Assembly: GCA_045654805.1 (NCBI GenBank)
Contig: JAZOOD010000029.1
Location: 2,364-66,363 of the forward strand
DNA length: 64,000 nucleotides
Direction of reading: 5' to 3'
Source: Clostridia bacterium
GTDB lineage: Bacteria > Bacillota > Clostridia > Monoglobales > Firm-18
The translations under genes and the position numbers were made by a program. The notes below the pieces were generated by a model that did not search any database, was not told the DNA's origin, and was given only the letters and a program-made list of their open reading frames with translations. Positions 36,604 through 47,087 of this stretch are shown here, one piece after another (position 1 is the first letter of the stretch; the number at the start of each line of letters is the position of its first letter).

Positions 36604-37648
36604 GAGTGTTATAATCGGCATGAGCGGAGGTGTGGACAGCTCCGCAAGTGCCGCTTTGCTTAAAAAACAGGGATACCGTGTTGTAGGTGTAACAATGAAA
36701 TTATGGAACGGAGAGCAGGCCGATGGCGGTTGCTGCTCTTTTTCAGCCATTGATGACGCTAAAAAGGTTGCGGACATACTTGGTATTGAACATTATGTAC
36801 TAGACTACGAAAAGGAATTTGAACATAATGTTATAAAATATTTTATAAATGAATACAAGTCCGGTAAAACACCCAACCCTTGTGTATTATGCAATAAGCA
36901 TATTAAATTTAATGCTCTTTCGAAAATGGCAGATGATCTTGGTATAGATTATATCGCCACAGGACATTATGCTAAAATTCAGGAAAATAACGGCAGATAT
37001 TTACTTGTGCGCCCGGAAGACAGAAAAAAAGACCAGACATATTTTCTTTACAATATGACACAGGAGCAATTAAAGAGGACGCTATTTCCCTTATACGATG
37101 TTACAAAAGAAGAAACCCGTAAAATCGCCCAGGAAATAGGACTTTCAGTAGCTGAAAAACCCGACAGTCAGGATATCTGCTTTATCCCCGACGGGGACTA
37201 TGTAAACTTTATTAAAAGACGTGACGGTAATATGCCCGAAGGTGATTTTGTGGATTCCGAAGGTAATGTTTTAGGCAGACACAAAGGCATAATGAACTAC
37301 ACAATCGGTCAGAGAAAAGGCCTTGGGATAGCCCTCAACAGACCAATGTATGTTACAGGCATTGATGCTAAAAACAACAGGGTGGTTTTAGGCCCTGACG
37401 GTTCACAGTTAAAGGACGGTCTTAAGGCTCATTCAGTTAATATGATAGCCTTTGATAAAATAACGGAGCCATTTGAATGCACAGCAAAAATCCGTTATAA
37501 TGCTCAGGATGTGCCATGTATGGTATATCTTACCAAAGATGGATTTGAAGTAAAATTCCGACAACCGCAAAAGTCCGTTACCCCCGGACAAATGGTTGTT
37601 CTTTATGATAATAATATAGTAATCGGCGGAGGAATAATAGGTGTTTGA
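36596..37648 (+). CDS. mnmA: tRNA 2-thiouridine(34) synthase MnmA
   Basis: IIGMSGGVDSS PP-loop, NPCVLCN and ATGHYA. It overlaps the nifU stop by 8 nt. Confidence 0.9.
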   Translation: MSKSVIIGMSGGVDSSASAALLKKQGYRVVGVTMKLWNGEQADGGCCSFSAIDDAKKVADILGIEHYVLDYEKEFEHNVIKYFINEYKSGKTPNPCVLCNKHIKFNALSKMADDLGIDYIATGHYAKIQENNGRYLLVRPEDRKKDQTYFLYNMTQEQLKRTLFPLYDVTKEETRKIAQEIGLSVAEKPDSQDICFIPDGDYVNFIKRRDGNMPEGDFVDSEGNVLGRHKGIMNYTIGQRKGLGIALNRPMYVTGIDAKNNRVVLGPDGSQLKDGLKAHSVNMIAFDKITEPFECTAKIRYNAQDVPCMVYLTKDGFEVKFRQPQKSVTPGQMVVLYDNNIVIGGGIIGV

Positions 37649-39794
37649 TTTTAATTTTCCAAACCTTAATGACAAACAGCGTGAAGCTGTATATACTACG
37701 GAGGGCCCTGTGCTGATACTTGCAGGTGCAGGTAGTGGAAAAACTACTGTTTTAATTAACAGGATTGCCTATCTAATAGGTGCAAAAAACGTTTTTCCAA
37801 GCCAGATATTGGCTATTACTTTCACAAATAAAGCTGCAGCAGAGCTTAAAAGCCGTCTTGAAACAATGCTTGGTGGAGAAGGTGAAATGGTATGGGCAAG
37901 TACATTTCATTCACTATGCGTACGCATATTAAGACGCGACATTGAAAAAATTGGCTACCCCTCCTCCTTTAACATTTTTGACAGGGCAGACCAACTTACG
38001 GTTGTAAAAGAATGTTTGAAGGAAATGGGGATTGATGACAAAACATATCCCCCAAAATCCGTACTTTCAACCATTGGCAGAGCAAAAGACGAACTTCTAA
38101 CTCCGGAAGATATGGCAAAAAATATCGCCGGAGATTTTCGGCTTGAAAAGGTTGCTCAAATATACAGTCTTTATCAGAAAAAATTACAAAAATACGGCTC
38201 ATTGGATTTTGACGATATTATAATGCTGGCGGTAAAATTATTTTCTGAACACCCGGAGGTTCTAAAGTACTATCAAAGCAGATTCCAATACATAATGGTA
38301 GACGAATATCAGGACACAAACCACGCACAATACAGCCTTGTATCTATGCTTGCAGGCGGACACGGCAATTTGTGCGTTGTAGGTGATGATGACCAAAGTA
38401 TATATAAGTTCCGCGGAGCAAATATCGAAAATATTCTCTCCTTTGAAAAACAGTATACAAATTCAAAGGTAATAAAACTTGAAGAAAACTATCGCTCTAC
38501 ACAAAATATCCTTGACGCTGCAAATAACGTTATTAAAAACAATATGGGCAGAAAGGGTAAAAATCTTTGGACAAGCAAGGGCGACGGTGAAAAAATCAAG
38601 GTTATAAAAGCACAAAATGAACACGATGAAGGACAGAAAATAGCTGAAAGAATATCCGAACTCACGGATAAGGGCTATTCATATAATGATTTTGCAATCT
38701 TGTACAGAACAAATGCACAATCCCGTGTGATAGAAAATATGCTTTTAAGAAATGCCATACCGTACAGAGTTCTGGGCGGTCTGCGATTCTTTGACCGCAA
38801 GGAAATCAAGGATGTGCTTGCATATATGAAGCTTATAAACAATCCTAGCGACAACATAAGTCTAAAAAGAATTATAAATGAACCCAAACGAGGCATTGGC
38901 AAAAAAACCGTTGAAGATGCAGAAGTTTTGTCTGCACAACAAGGTACAAGTATGTTTCGGATATGTGAAGAGTCAACAGGTAAGCTGAAAGCCTTTGCAG
39001 AAATGATAAACCAAATAAAAGAAAAAAATCTGGGCATATCTAAAATGGTTGAGGAAATCCTAGATAAAACCGGTTATCTTGAAGCCTTGGTAAATGAAAA
39101 CACTATAGAAGCAACTACAAGAATTGAAAACATAAGGGAACTTGTAACTGACGCAATGGAATATGAAAAAACCGAGGACGAAGAGCCTACATTAGCAGGA
39201 TATCTTGAAAAAATATCTCTCGTTGCAGATGTAGATAACTACGACGAAACTCAAGATGTTGTAGTAATGATGACGTTGCATAGTGCCAAAGGTCTTGAAT
39301 TTCCCATAGTATTTATAGCAGGTATGGAGGACGGAATATTTCCCGGTTATCAGTCCATAATAGCTGGCGATGAGCTTGAGGAGGAACGCAGACTTTGCTA
39401 TGTGGGTATAACAAGAGCAAAACAAATACTCCACATAAGCCATGCATTTTCACGAAGTCTTTACGGGTCTACCTCATACAATCAACCATCAAGATTTTTG
39501 GACGAAATACCAACCGAACTAATTGACGGACAATTTACATCAAGTACTCCGCTAAGAGATAATGTATTCCCCAAATCTACGGCACAGCACAGTTCTATCA
39601 ATCTCAGCAGCCAGCCAAAAACAACACAAAAAAGTGATTTCAGCATAGGCGACAGAGTAAAACATTTTAAATTTGGCGAGGGTACAATTCTAAAAGCAAT
39701 TCCCGTGGGAAATGACGTGCACCTTGAGGTTATGTTTGACACCGCAGGTACAAAAAATCTTATGGCAGCATATGCTAAACTAAAAAAATTATAG
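37641..39794 (+). CDS. pcrA: ATP-dependent DNA helicase PcrA/UvrD
   Basis: GTG start. LNDKQREAV, AGAGSGKT, VDEYQDTN, TLHSAKGLEF, YVGITRA. Confidence 0.9.
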   Translation: MFDFNFPNLNDKQREAVYTTEGPVLILAGAGSGKTTVLINRIAYLIGAKNVFPSQILAITFTNKAAAELKSRLETMLGGEGEMVWASTFHSLCVRILRRDIEKIGYPSSFNIFDRADQLTVVKECLKEMGIDDKTYPPKSVLSTIGRAKDELLTPEDMAKNIAGDFRLEKVAQIYSLYQKKLQKYGSLDFDDIIMLAVKLFSEHPEVLKYYQSRFQYIMVDEYQDTNHAQYSLVSMLAGGHGNLCVVGDDDQSIYKFRGANIENILSFEKQYTNSKVIKLEENYRSTQNILDAANNVIKNNMGRKGKNLWTSKGDGEKIKVIKAQNEHDEGQKIAERISELTDKGYSYNDFAILYRTNAQSRVIENMLLRNAIPYRVLGGLRFFDRKEIKDVLAYMKLINNPSDNISLKRIINEPKRGIGKKTVEDAEVLSAQQGTSMFRICEESTGKLKAFAEMINQIKEKNLGISKMVEEILDKTGYLEALVNENTIEATTRIENIRELVTDAMEYEKTEDEEPTLAGYLEKISLVADVDNYDETQDVVVMMTLHSAKGLEFPIVFIAGMEDGIFPGYQSIIAGDELEEERRLCYVGITRAKQILHISHAFSRSLYGSTSYNQPSRFLDEIPTELIDGQFTSSTPLRDNVFPKSTAQHSSINLSSQPKTTQKSDFSIGDRVKHFKFGEGTILKAIPVGNDVHLEVMFDTAGTKNLMAAYAKLKKL

Positions 39795-39803
39795 GAGATT
39801 ATT

Positions 39804-40544
39804 ATGGAAAGCTATACAGACTTTGCATATGTATATGACAAGTTAATAGATCAGGACTATGAAAAATGGGCAGATTATATTGAAAATATATTTAAAATAA
39901 ACAAAAAAGAACCCAAACTTGTTCTGGACCTGGGATGCGGCACAGGAAGCATTACAAACATCCTTGCCAAACGAGGATATGATATGATCGGCGTGGATTT
40001 ATCCCCTGATATGTTAAATGTAGCAATAAACAAGGCTGCGGAACAGAAGCTTGATGTACTATATCTGTGTCAGGATATTCGCGAATTTGAGCTTTATGGT
40101 ACGGTTGATGCCATAATATGCACACTAGATGTACTCAATTACATAACTGAGCCAAAAGAGCTTGACCGGGTGTTTGCATTGGTTAAAAACTATTTAAATC
40201 CTGATGGAATATTTATATTCGATATCAATACGGAATACAAGCTTAAAAATATACTAGGTAACAACACATTTATTAATGAAGAAGACGGAGTATTCTACAC
40301 CTGGGAAAATGAAAATGTTGACTGCATTAGCAACCAGTACCTGACATTTTTTGCAGAATGTGAAAACGGTATGTACGAAAGGTTTGACGAAACCCACATT
40401 CAAAGAGCATATAAAATTGATGAAATAGTGGATTTGCTAAATAAAAACAATTTGACTTTTGAGGCAGAATACAGGCTTTTCACCCTTGAAAAAGCTGATG
40501 AAAACTGCGAAAAAACGGTTATTGTGTCGAAATGTTTATGTTGA
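39804..40544 (+). CDS. Class I SAM-dependent methyltransferase
   Basis: The VLDLGCGTGS motif I is present. The substrate is unknown. Confidence 0.7.
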   Translation: MESYTDFAYVYDKLIDQDYEKWADYIENIFKINKKEPKLVLDLGCGTGSITNILAKRGYDMIGVDLSPDMLNVAINKAAEQKLDVLYLCQDIREFELYGTVDAIICTLDVLNYITEPKELDRVFALVKNYLNPDGIFIFDINTEYKLKNILGNNTFINEEDGVFYTWENENVDCISNQYLTFFAECENGMYERFDETHIQRAYKIDEIVDLLNKNNLTFEAEYRLFTLEKADENCEKTVIVSKCLC

Positions 40545-40569
40545 CAAAAATGGCAAAAAATGATATACT
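40541..40569 (+). promoter_or_regulatory. Cold-shock gene promoter (TTGACA-17-TATACT)
   Basis: It overlaps the methyltransferase stop codon, about 50 nt upstream of the csp ATG. Confidence 0.55.
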
Positions 40570-40618
40570 TACCTCATAATCCAAAGGGGTTATGCAACAA
40601 TTTTTAGGAGGCAAAAGA

Positions 40619-40819
40619 ATGCAAAAAGGTAAGGTAAAATGGTTTAACGCTGAGAAAGGATATGGATTCATTGAAAGTGAAGACGGTACAGACGTATTCG
40701 TTCACTTTACAGCAATCAACATGGATGGCTACAAATCACTTGAAGAAGGTGCTGAAGTATCATTCGAAGTAGTTGAAGGCGCTAAAGGTCCACAGGCCAG
40801 CAACGTAACCAAAAACTAA
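40619..40819 (+). CDS. Cold-shock protein (CspA family)
   Basis: [18 protein letters not shown]...DVFVHF, 66 aa. Confidence 0.95.
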   Translation: MQKGKVKWFNAEKGYGFIESEDGTDVFVHFTAINMDGYKSLEEGAEVSFEVVEGAKGPQASNVTKN

Positions 40820-40880
40820 TTCAATTAATTTGTGAGCTTTAATATATATTTATTATAGGGTACATTTTAAGAGAAAAATT

Positions 40881-40910
40881 ACACTCCGTATGTCTACGGA
40901 GTGTTTTTTT
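40881..40910. terminator. Terminator between the convergent csp and EamA genes
   Basis: acactccgta-tgtc-tacggagtgt followed by tttttt. Confidence 0.8.
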
Positions 40911-40912
40911 GA

Positions 40913-41794
40913 TTATTTTTTTGATATTCCAAAATCATTTACTAACATTATGGCAAAAAATATCAGCAAAATTCCGGTTATAGAAGCACTTTGCCCATAT
41001 ACCAAATATCCCAATACCGCTGCAGCCAAAGGTTCAGAACAAGCCATAATCGCCGCCTTTCCCGGAGCAGTATGTTTAAGACCTATAGTATACAACATAA
41101 AGGTTATATAAGCCGTAACCAGCCCTATCAATATCATAATTGAAATCATATACGTTTTATTCGGATAAGCCTGCATTACCGGTATTATACTTTGAGGTTT
41201 GGCAACAACCCATGCTCCCGAAGCAGCAAACAGGAATGAATACATTGTTACGGTATATGAATGGTATTTTTTTAGCGCAATGGTACCGAAAATACTGTAA
41301 AGTCCATATGCGATGCCTGACCCCAAACCGATTATAAAATACCATATTCCTATACTTCCGCTTTCGTCTCCCGTATAGGAAACCAGTATACACCCCAAAA
41401 AAGCACATACCAGGGCTACAACCTTTTGCCAGGTCATCTTTTCCTTAAAGAATACTGCCGATATCAATATAACCCATATAGGTGAAGTATAAAGCAATAT
41501 TGCAGCAACGGAAAGGGATGTTTTTGATATGGTATAAAGGTAAAGTAAACTCATACCCAAAACGCTCACAATACCAATCACCGCAAACAACCATAAGTCC
41601 TTAATATGTATTTTGAACTTACTACTGTCCGCAAAAAATACTGTAATCACAAAAGCGATTGCCGCTCCCGTAAGACGTATTGCCGATGACTGAGCAGTAT
41701 TAAACCCAATACTTTCCATTTCATTTACGAAAATACCCATCGTTCCCCATATAATTCCTGCAAGGATTATCAGAAATGATGCAATTCTTTTCAT
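40913..41794 (-). CDS. EamA/DMT family transporter
   Basis: 10 TM helices and a two-EamA-repeat architecture. The start was set at MKRIASF behind GGGGGA. Confidence 0.75.
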   Translation of the reverse strand: MKRIASFLIILAGIIWGTMGIFVNEMESIGFNTAQSSAIRLTGAAIAFVITVFFADSSKFKIHIKDLWLFAVIGIVSVLGMSLLYLYTISKTSLSVAAILLYTSPIWVILISAVFFKEKMTWQKVVALVCAFLGCILVSYTGDESGSIGIWYFIIGLGSGIAYGLYSIFGTIALKKYHSYTVTMYSFLFAASGAWVVAKPQSIIPVMQAYPNKTYMISIMILIGLVTAYITFMLYTIGLKHTAPGKAAIMACSEPLAAAVLGYLVYGQSASITGILLIFFAIMLVNDFGISKK

Positions 41795-41859
41795 ATGTAA
41801 ATTCCCCCTGATTTTTCTAACCACTAAATTCTATCACAATGGATATGAAAAATCAAGTA

Positions 41860-43683
41860 TTAAACCAGCTTTACCCCATACTTTTCAAACCAATAATCAA
41901 ACTGAACAAGCCAAGCAACAAGCTGTGGTTTATTCATTAACTGCCCAAACCACGTTACGCTATCGGAAAGCATAAGCTCATTATATGCTTTAATATTTAA
42001 AATATCGTGTAAAATTCCCTGTTTCATACGATTTCCCAACATTTCTGTTACATATTCAAGATATTTTGGGTTGTGCGTAATCGGGTACGGACTTTTTTTA
42101 CGATGCAATATTTTATCGGGCAAATAGTCTGTCATCGCATTACGGAGTAATGCCTTTTCCGTCTGGTTTTCAAATTTTATACTCCATGGCACGTTATATA
42201 TATATTCTATAATTCGGTGGTCTGCAAAAGGCACACGTACCTCAAGCCCATAGGCCATACTCATACGGTCCTTTCTTTCCAACAATGATGTCATAAAATA
42301 TGAGGTAGAAAGTACTGTTGCAATACGCGATGTCTTCATATCCTCTGTGTCTGTATCAAGCATCGGAACTTCCGAAACTGTATCCCTGTAAACTTGAGCA
42401 ATGTATTCATATCCCCTCTTTGGCTGTGCTATTTTATCATCAAACAACCCTGCTCTTACCATAGGATGATGTATCCAAGGGAAAAAATCCTTTTCAAGCA
42501 TTTCCTTACGGTAAAACCATGGATAACCACCAAAAATTTCATCTGAACATTCTCCGGATAAAGCTACAGTATGTGTTTTCTTTATTTCCCCACAAAAATA
42601 CAAAAGGGAAGAATCCACATCTGCTTGCCCCGGAATATCCCTATATTCTACTGCAGGAAACAAGTTTGCAGCAACAGATATTGTAGGGGCAGTAAGTACC
42701 TTATGATTTGTTCCCAGATAATCTGCAAGATACACAGCAAATTCATCATCCCCCTGAGGTTGGAACAAAGATTTCTTAAAATTCTTCTTATTATCCTCAT
42801 ATTCAAATGAGTATGAAGAAATTACGTTCCCCTCTTCCTTGTATTTCTTTGCCGCAACAGAAGTTATAATTGACGAATCCAATCCACCGGACAATAATGT
42901 GCAAAGAGGAACATCACTTACAAGCTGTTTCTGAATTGCATCCTCCATAAGCCATTTTGTATGGGCAACAGCCTCTTCTGCTGTTTCATTGAACTCTTTT
43001 GCCTCCAAACTCCAATACTTCCATATTTTCAAACCCTTTTTATCAAACCAACCACATTCCGCAGGCCTTAGTTCTGATATATTCTTAAAAACTCCACTGC
43101 CATTAATTGTCCCAGGGGACATAAACAATAATTGCCACAATCCAACTTCATCTAATTCCGGAGGAATTTGAGGATGTTTAAGCAATGCTTTAATTTCTGA
43201 TGCAAATACAAAAGTACTGTCTAAAATTGTATAAAAAAACGGCTTTACTCCTAATCTGTCACGAACAAAAAATATTCTGTCACGAGTATGGTCATACACA
43301 GTAAAGGCAAAAATTCCATTTAGTTTTTGCACACACTCCTCACCAAAAATCACAAAAGAATACAATACAACCTCTGTATCACAAGTGGTTTCAAACTTTA
43401 TACCGTGTTTCACAAGCTCTATTCTCAATTCCGGTGTATTATAAATCTCTCCATTATACACAATAGTATATTTGTTGCCTTCAAAAATCACAGTCATAGG
43501 TTGATGTCCATTTTCCACATCCATTACCGCAAGTCTGTTGTGGTGTAGCGCTACACCTTCTGCGAAAAAGGTATCCGTCTCATCAGGTCCCCGATGCTTC
43601 ATTACCTTGCCCATCTTCTGTAAAATGTTAATATCAGCTTTATTTTTATCCCTAAAATCAACAATTCCGCATATTGAACACAT
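41860..43683 (-). CDS. asnB: Asparagine synthase (glutamine-hydrolysing)
   Basis: MCSICGIV N-terminal nucleophile and SGGLDSS PP-loop. 607 aa. Confidence 0.9.
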   Translation of the reverse strand: MCSICGIVDFRDKNKADINILQKMGKVMKHRGPDETDTFFAEGVALHHNRLAVMDVENGHQPMTVIFEGNKYTIVYNGEIYNTPELRIELVKHGIKFETTCDTEVVLYSFVIFGEECVQKLNGIFAFTVYDHTRDRIFFVRDRLGVKPFFYTILDSTFVFASEIKALLKHPQIPPELDEVGLWQLLFMSPGTINGSGVFKNISELRPAECGWFDKKGLKIWKYWSLEAKEFNETAEEAVAHTKWLMEDAIQKQLVSDVPLCTLLSGGLDSSIITSVAAKKYKEEGNVISSYSFEYEDNKKNFKKSLFQPQGDDEFAVYLADYLGTNHKVLTAPTISVAANLFPAVEYRDIPGQADVDSSLLYFCGEIKKTHTVALSGECSDEIFGGYPWFYRKEMLEKDFFPWIHHPMVRAGLFDDKIAQPKRGYEYIAQVYRDTVSEVPMLDTDTEDMKTSRIATVLSTSYFMTSLLERKDRMSMAYGLEVRVPFADHRIIEYIYNVPWSIKFENQTEKALLRNAMTDYLPDKILHRKKSPYPITHNPKYLEYVTEMLGNRMKQGILHDILNIKAYNELMLSDSVTWFGQLMNKPQLVAWLVQFDYWFEKYGVKLV

Positions 43684-43737
43684 AATAACCCTCCTCTATA
43701 TGGTTATTATATGCAACATACGGAATATTTTTACTCA

Positions 43738-44571
43738 TTATTTAATTGCTGTAACTACTCTTTCTATACCTGCCAAGTCCTTGATTATTTCAGTCTGAGA
43801 AAAACCATTTTCCACAAGAATTCTCTCGACGGTTCTTGCTTGATTATGCCCCACCTCAAATGCAATCAATCCACCATTTTTCAAAATTTCAAATCCTTTT
43901 TGAGCAATACCACGATAAAACGCTAATCCATCATCCCCGCCATTTAGGGCAATATATGGTTCAAAGTTCCTTACATCTTCCATAAGTGTAGGTATTACTC
44001 CCTTCTCAATATACGGAGGATTTGATACAATGCAATCAACTGAAAAATCCGGAAAATCACTCAATATATCCATATTTAGAAAGATGATTTTATCTTGTAC
44101 GTTGTTAATCATTGCATTTTCTATGGCAACTTCTGTGGCATCCTTAGATACATCCACAGTATATGCCTTTGCATTTGGACAGTTAGCGACAACACTTATG
44201 GGAATACATCCGCTGCCTGTACCTATATCAAGGATAGTATACGAATTATCCCTAACATAATCAATTACACTTTCAACAAGCACTTCTGTATCTGGACGAG
44301 GGATTAACACATTATGATTAACTTTGAAATCCAATCCGTAAAATTCTGCCCTTCCCAAAATATACTGCATAGGCTCGTGACTTTCACGACGTTTAACTAA
44401 CTGTTCGAAATCCTCACTTATTTCTACATCCTCTGCAGAATTTACAACAATGTACAATTTGTCCCTATTCAAAAATTTGCAAAGTAAAAGTCTGGCATCA
44501 AGATTAGCTGTATCAATACCTGCCTCTCTTAATCTATCGGCAGTATTTTTTAAAATTTCACTTATCTTCAT
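43738..44571 (-). CDS. prmC: Peptide chain release factor N5-glutamine methyltransferase PrmC
   Basis: ILDIGTGSG and SNPPYI motifs. The start was set at MKISEIL (44571), 1 nt after the upstream stop. Confidence 0.85.
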   Translation of the reverse strand: MKISEILKNTADRLREAGIDTANLDARLLLCKFLNRDKLYIVVNSAEDVEISEDFEQLVKRRESHEPMQYILGRAEFYGLDFKVNHNVLIPRPDTEVLVESVIDYVRDNSYTILDIGTGSGCIPISVVANCPNAKAYTVDVSKDATEVAIENAMINNVQDKIIFLNMDILSDFPDFSVDCIVSNPPYIEKGVIPTLMEDVRNFEPYIALNGGDDGLAFYRGIAQKGFEILKNGGLIAFEVGHNQARTVERILVENGFSQTEIIKDLAGIERVVTAIK

Positions 44572-44572
44572 T

Positions 44573-45526
44573 TTACCACTTGTCATCCTCTTTGTTATCT
44601 GTAAGGACAGCATTAAGTGATGCTATAGCAACCTCAAGCTGCAATTCATCAGGCTCCCTTGTAGTAATATACTGCAACCACATACCTGGCTGGGAAATCA
44701 GCTTTGTAAACCAGTTTTCGTGTCTGCCGGCAAGCTTAATAATTTCATAAGATATACCCGCTATAACAGGCAAAAGTAAAATTTTATACAATGCTCTTTG
44801 CCACCACGCCAATCCTGTGGGAATAACCATAAAAACTATAACACTTACTATCATAACGAAAATTAAAAAACTAGTTCCGCATCTTGGGTGCAATCTTGAA
44901 CTTTCCTGTACATTTTCAACAGTAAGCTCCGCACCTCTTTCATATGTGTGGATAGTCTTATGCTCTGCACCATGGTACATAAACACTCGTTTTATATCCT
45001 TCATCTGAGATACCAACAAGATATATGTTAAAAATATACCCATACGCACTGCACCTTCGATTAAAGTACGTGCCGTACCGTCAACTTGTATAGCCGTGAG
45101 CTTTGCAATTAGTTCTGCAATAAAATTCGGCAACATAAAGAAAAGTCCGATTGAAAGGATAAGCGATAATATAACGGAGAAATAAATTACCACATCTTTA
45201 ATCTTGTCTCCCAATTTTTCTTCCAGCCACTTATCGAATTTACTTTCCGTATCTTCCTCCCCCTCTATATCATAGAATTCTGCAGAAAACATAAGTGCCT
45301 TTACGCCGGTTATCATACTTTCAAAAAAGGATATACATCCTCTGATTATAGGCAATTTCAAAATCTTGTTTTTTTGCAAAACCGACGAAATCGGTCTTTT
45401 TTCAATTATAATTTCTTTATCCGGCTTACGAACAGCAATTGCAATTTCCTTTGGTCCTCGCATCATAACGCCTTCCATAACTGCCTGCCCGCCAATACTG
45501 GTTTTGTGTATTTTTTTATCTTTCAT
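44573..45526 (-). CDS. DUF1385 (YqhQ-like) membrane protein
   Basis: IGGQAVMEGVMMRGP and YHGAEHKTI motifs. The start was set at MKDKK behind GGAG. Confidence 0.8.
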   Translation of the reverse strand: MKDKKIHKTSIGGQAVMEGVMMRGPKEIAIAVRKPDKEIIIEKRPISSVLQKNKILKLPIIRGCISFFESMITGVKALMFSAEFYDIEGEEDTESKFDKWLEEKLGDKIKDVVIYFSVILSLILSIGLFFMLPNFIAELIAKLTAIQVDGTARTLIEGAVRMGIFLTYILLVSQMKDIKRVFMYHGAEHKTIHTYERGAELTVENVQESSRLHPRCGTSFLIFVMIVSVIVFMVIPTGLAWWQRALYKILLLPVIAGISYEIIKLAGRHENWFTKLISQPGMWLQYITTREPDELQLEVAIASLNAVLTDNKEDDKW

Positions 45527-45593
45527 ATTAATCTCCATAGCCTTTCTGCCTGTAAAATATAGAATGCGTTGTATACAGGCATACAAAACGCAC

Positions 45594-46256
45594 CTATTCC
45601 CTCGCAACACAGGAAACATATTCATCATCTACGACTATTATATGATCTATAAGTTCTATGCCAATTGTGTTTACAAGCCTTTTTATATTGTTAGTTGTAT
45701 TAAAATCCTGCTGTGAGGGCAAATGTACACCTGATGGATGATTGTGGCAAATCATTATTCCCGTAGTTGATGTATATGCGACTGCTTCCAATACCTTCCT
45801 AGGGTCCATGATTACCGCCCCAGGACTGCCTTCCGCAATTTTCACTTCCTTTATAAGATGCCTCATGTTATCAAAACAAAGTACATATGCAACCTCATTC
45901 TTGTTACCCTTTAATAATGCTACACACCTTTGGTACATACTATCTTTTGTTTTAAATTGTTGTTTTTTACGTATTGAGGTGTGTATAGAATACCCCTTGG
46001 AAATATAAGGTATAAGCTTTATATATTCTGCAGCAGCGGGTCCTACACTCTCAACTGATATAAGCTCCTCCTCTGTTGCATTACACACCGCGTCAAGATT
46101 TCCGAACTTATCAAGTAGTGCGTGGGCAATAGGATTAGTATCACACCGCTTATATACTGCAAACAGACAAAGCTCTAAAAATTCGTGTTCCAGCAATGTT
46201 TCTATGCCGTTTTCAAATACTTTTTTCATAACACGCCGTCTATGCCCTGCTGCCAT
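45594..46256 (-). CDS. radC: RadC family JAB-domain protein
   Basis: GHRRR..., ELLELCLF-like N-terminus, and the C-terminal HNHPSG JAMM motif. Confidence 0.85.
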   Translation of the reverse strand: MAAGHRRRVMKKVFENGIETLLEHEFLELCLFAVYKRCDTNPIAHALLDKFGNLDAVCNATEEELISVESVGPAAAEYIKLIPYISKGYSIHTSIRKKQQFKTKDSMYQRCVALLKGNKNEVAYVLCFDNMRHLIKEVKIAEGSPGAVIMDPRKVLEAVAYTSTTGIMICHNHPSGVHLPSQQDFNTTNNIKRLVNTIGIELIDHIIVVDDEYVSCVARE

Positions 46257-46386
46257 AATGCCATACTGCTCCTTTTAAAATATAATTTATTTTATTGTAT
46301 AATATTTCTACGTATTTTGTCAAGAATACTATATATAGATTAATAATAAATTTACAAAAACATTCTGTAAAATTATAACTTTTCTA

Positions 46387-46415
46387 TTGACAAATAAAGG
46401 TCATAGTGGTATAAT
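46387..46415 (+). promoter_or_regulatory. Perfect consensus promoter TTGACA-17-TATAAT for tRNA-Gln
   Basis: Both hexamers are exact with a 17-nt spacer, 12 nt upstream of the tRNA 5' end. Confidence 0.75.
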
Positions 46416-46427
46416 ATCACTTGTTGA

Positions 46428-46501
46428 TGCCGGATTGTGTAAAGGTAGCACGACAGACTCTGACTCTGTTTGTCTGGGTTCGAATCCTAGTCCGGCAACC
46501 A
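46428..46501 (+). tRNA. tRNA-Gln (anticodon CUG), CCA encoded
   Basis: The cloverleaf was folded by hand. The acceptor stem is UGCCGGA/UCCGGCA with the U1:A72 pair typical of tRNA-Gln. The anticodon stem is ACAGA/UCUGU with loop CUCUGAC. The T arm is CUGGG-UUCGAAU-CCUAG. Confidence 0.85.
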
Positions 46502-46506
46502 AATTA

Positions 46507-46548
46507 AAACCTCTTTTGTATACAAAAACAAAAGAGGTTTTGTTTTTG
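46507..46548 (+). terminator. tRNA-Gln terminator
   Basis: aaacctcttttg-tatacaaaaa-caaaagaggttt followed by tgttttt. Confidence 0.8.
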
Positions 46549-46610
46549 TTGAAAAATTTACAACAACACAATAAAATAAATAGATAAATAGGAATTTTAT
46601 GGAGGCTGTT

Positions 46611-47087
46611 ATGGAAAAGGATTGGTTATTCTCAACTGATGAATATATATGTGATTTGAGAACAGTTGCAGTTTTAGTAAAAGATAATAAAATTCTTGTT
46701 CAAAGAGATATAAATGGTAAAGAATATGCTTTGCCAGGTGGTCACATAAAAATAGGTGAAACCTTGGAAGATGGTTTGATTCGTGAAACAATGGAAGAAA
46801 TGGGTGTGGATATTAAATGTAATCGGCTATTGTGGAGTGAAGAATGTTTTTGGGAGTGGAATGGAAAACAGGCACATAATATTGCGTTTTATTATTTGGT
46901 TGAATTATGTGATAATCAAGAAATTCCTGATAATGGAGAATTTGTTTCTCAAAAAGATAATTGCAATGTTTTTATTGGGTGGATGCCTATTGAAGAACTT
47001 CAAAATATAATTATCTATCCCGAATTTTTAAAGAAAGAAATATATAATTTAAACGAACCTATGAAACACTTTGTTTCAAAAGGCTAA
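46611..47087 (+). CDS. NUDIX hydrolase
   Basis: The Nudix box is GGHIKIGETLEDGLIRETMEEMGV. The start was set at MEKDW behind GGAGG. Confidence 0.8.
   Translation: MEKDWLFSTDEYICDLRTVAVLVKDNKILVQRDINGKEYALPGGHIKIGETLEDGLIRETMEEMGVDIKCNRLLWSEECFWEWNGKQAHNIAFYYLVELCDNQEIPDNGEFVSQKDNCNVFIGWMPIEELQNIIIYPEFLKKEIYNLNEPMKHFVSKG

Noticed and set aside
46387-46587. 66-aa ORF (MTNKGHSGIISLVDAGLCKG...).
   Set aside because: It spans the promoter, the tRNA-Gln gene and its terminator. The tRNA cloverleaf explains the sequence.
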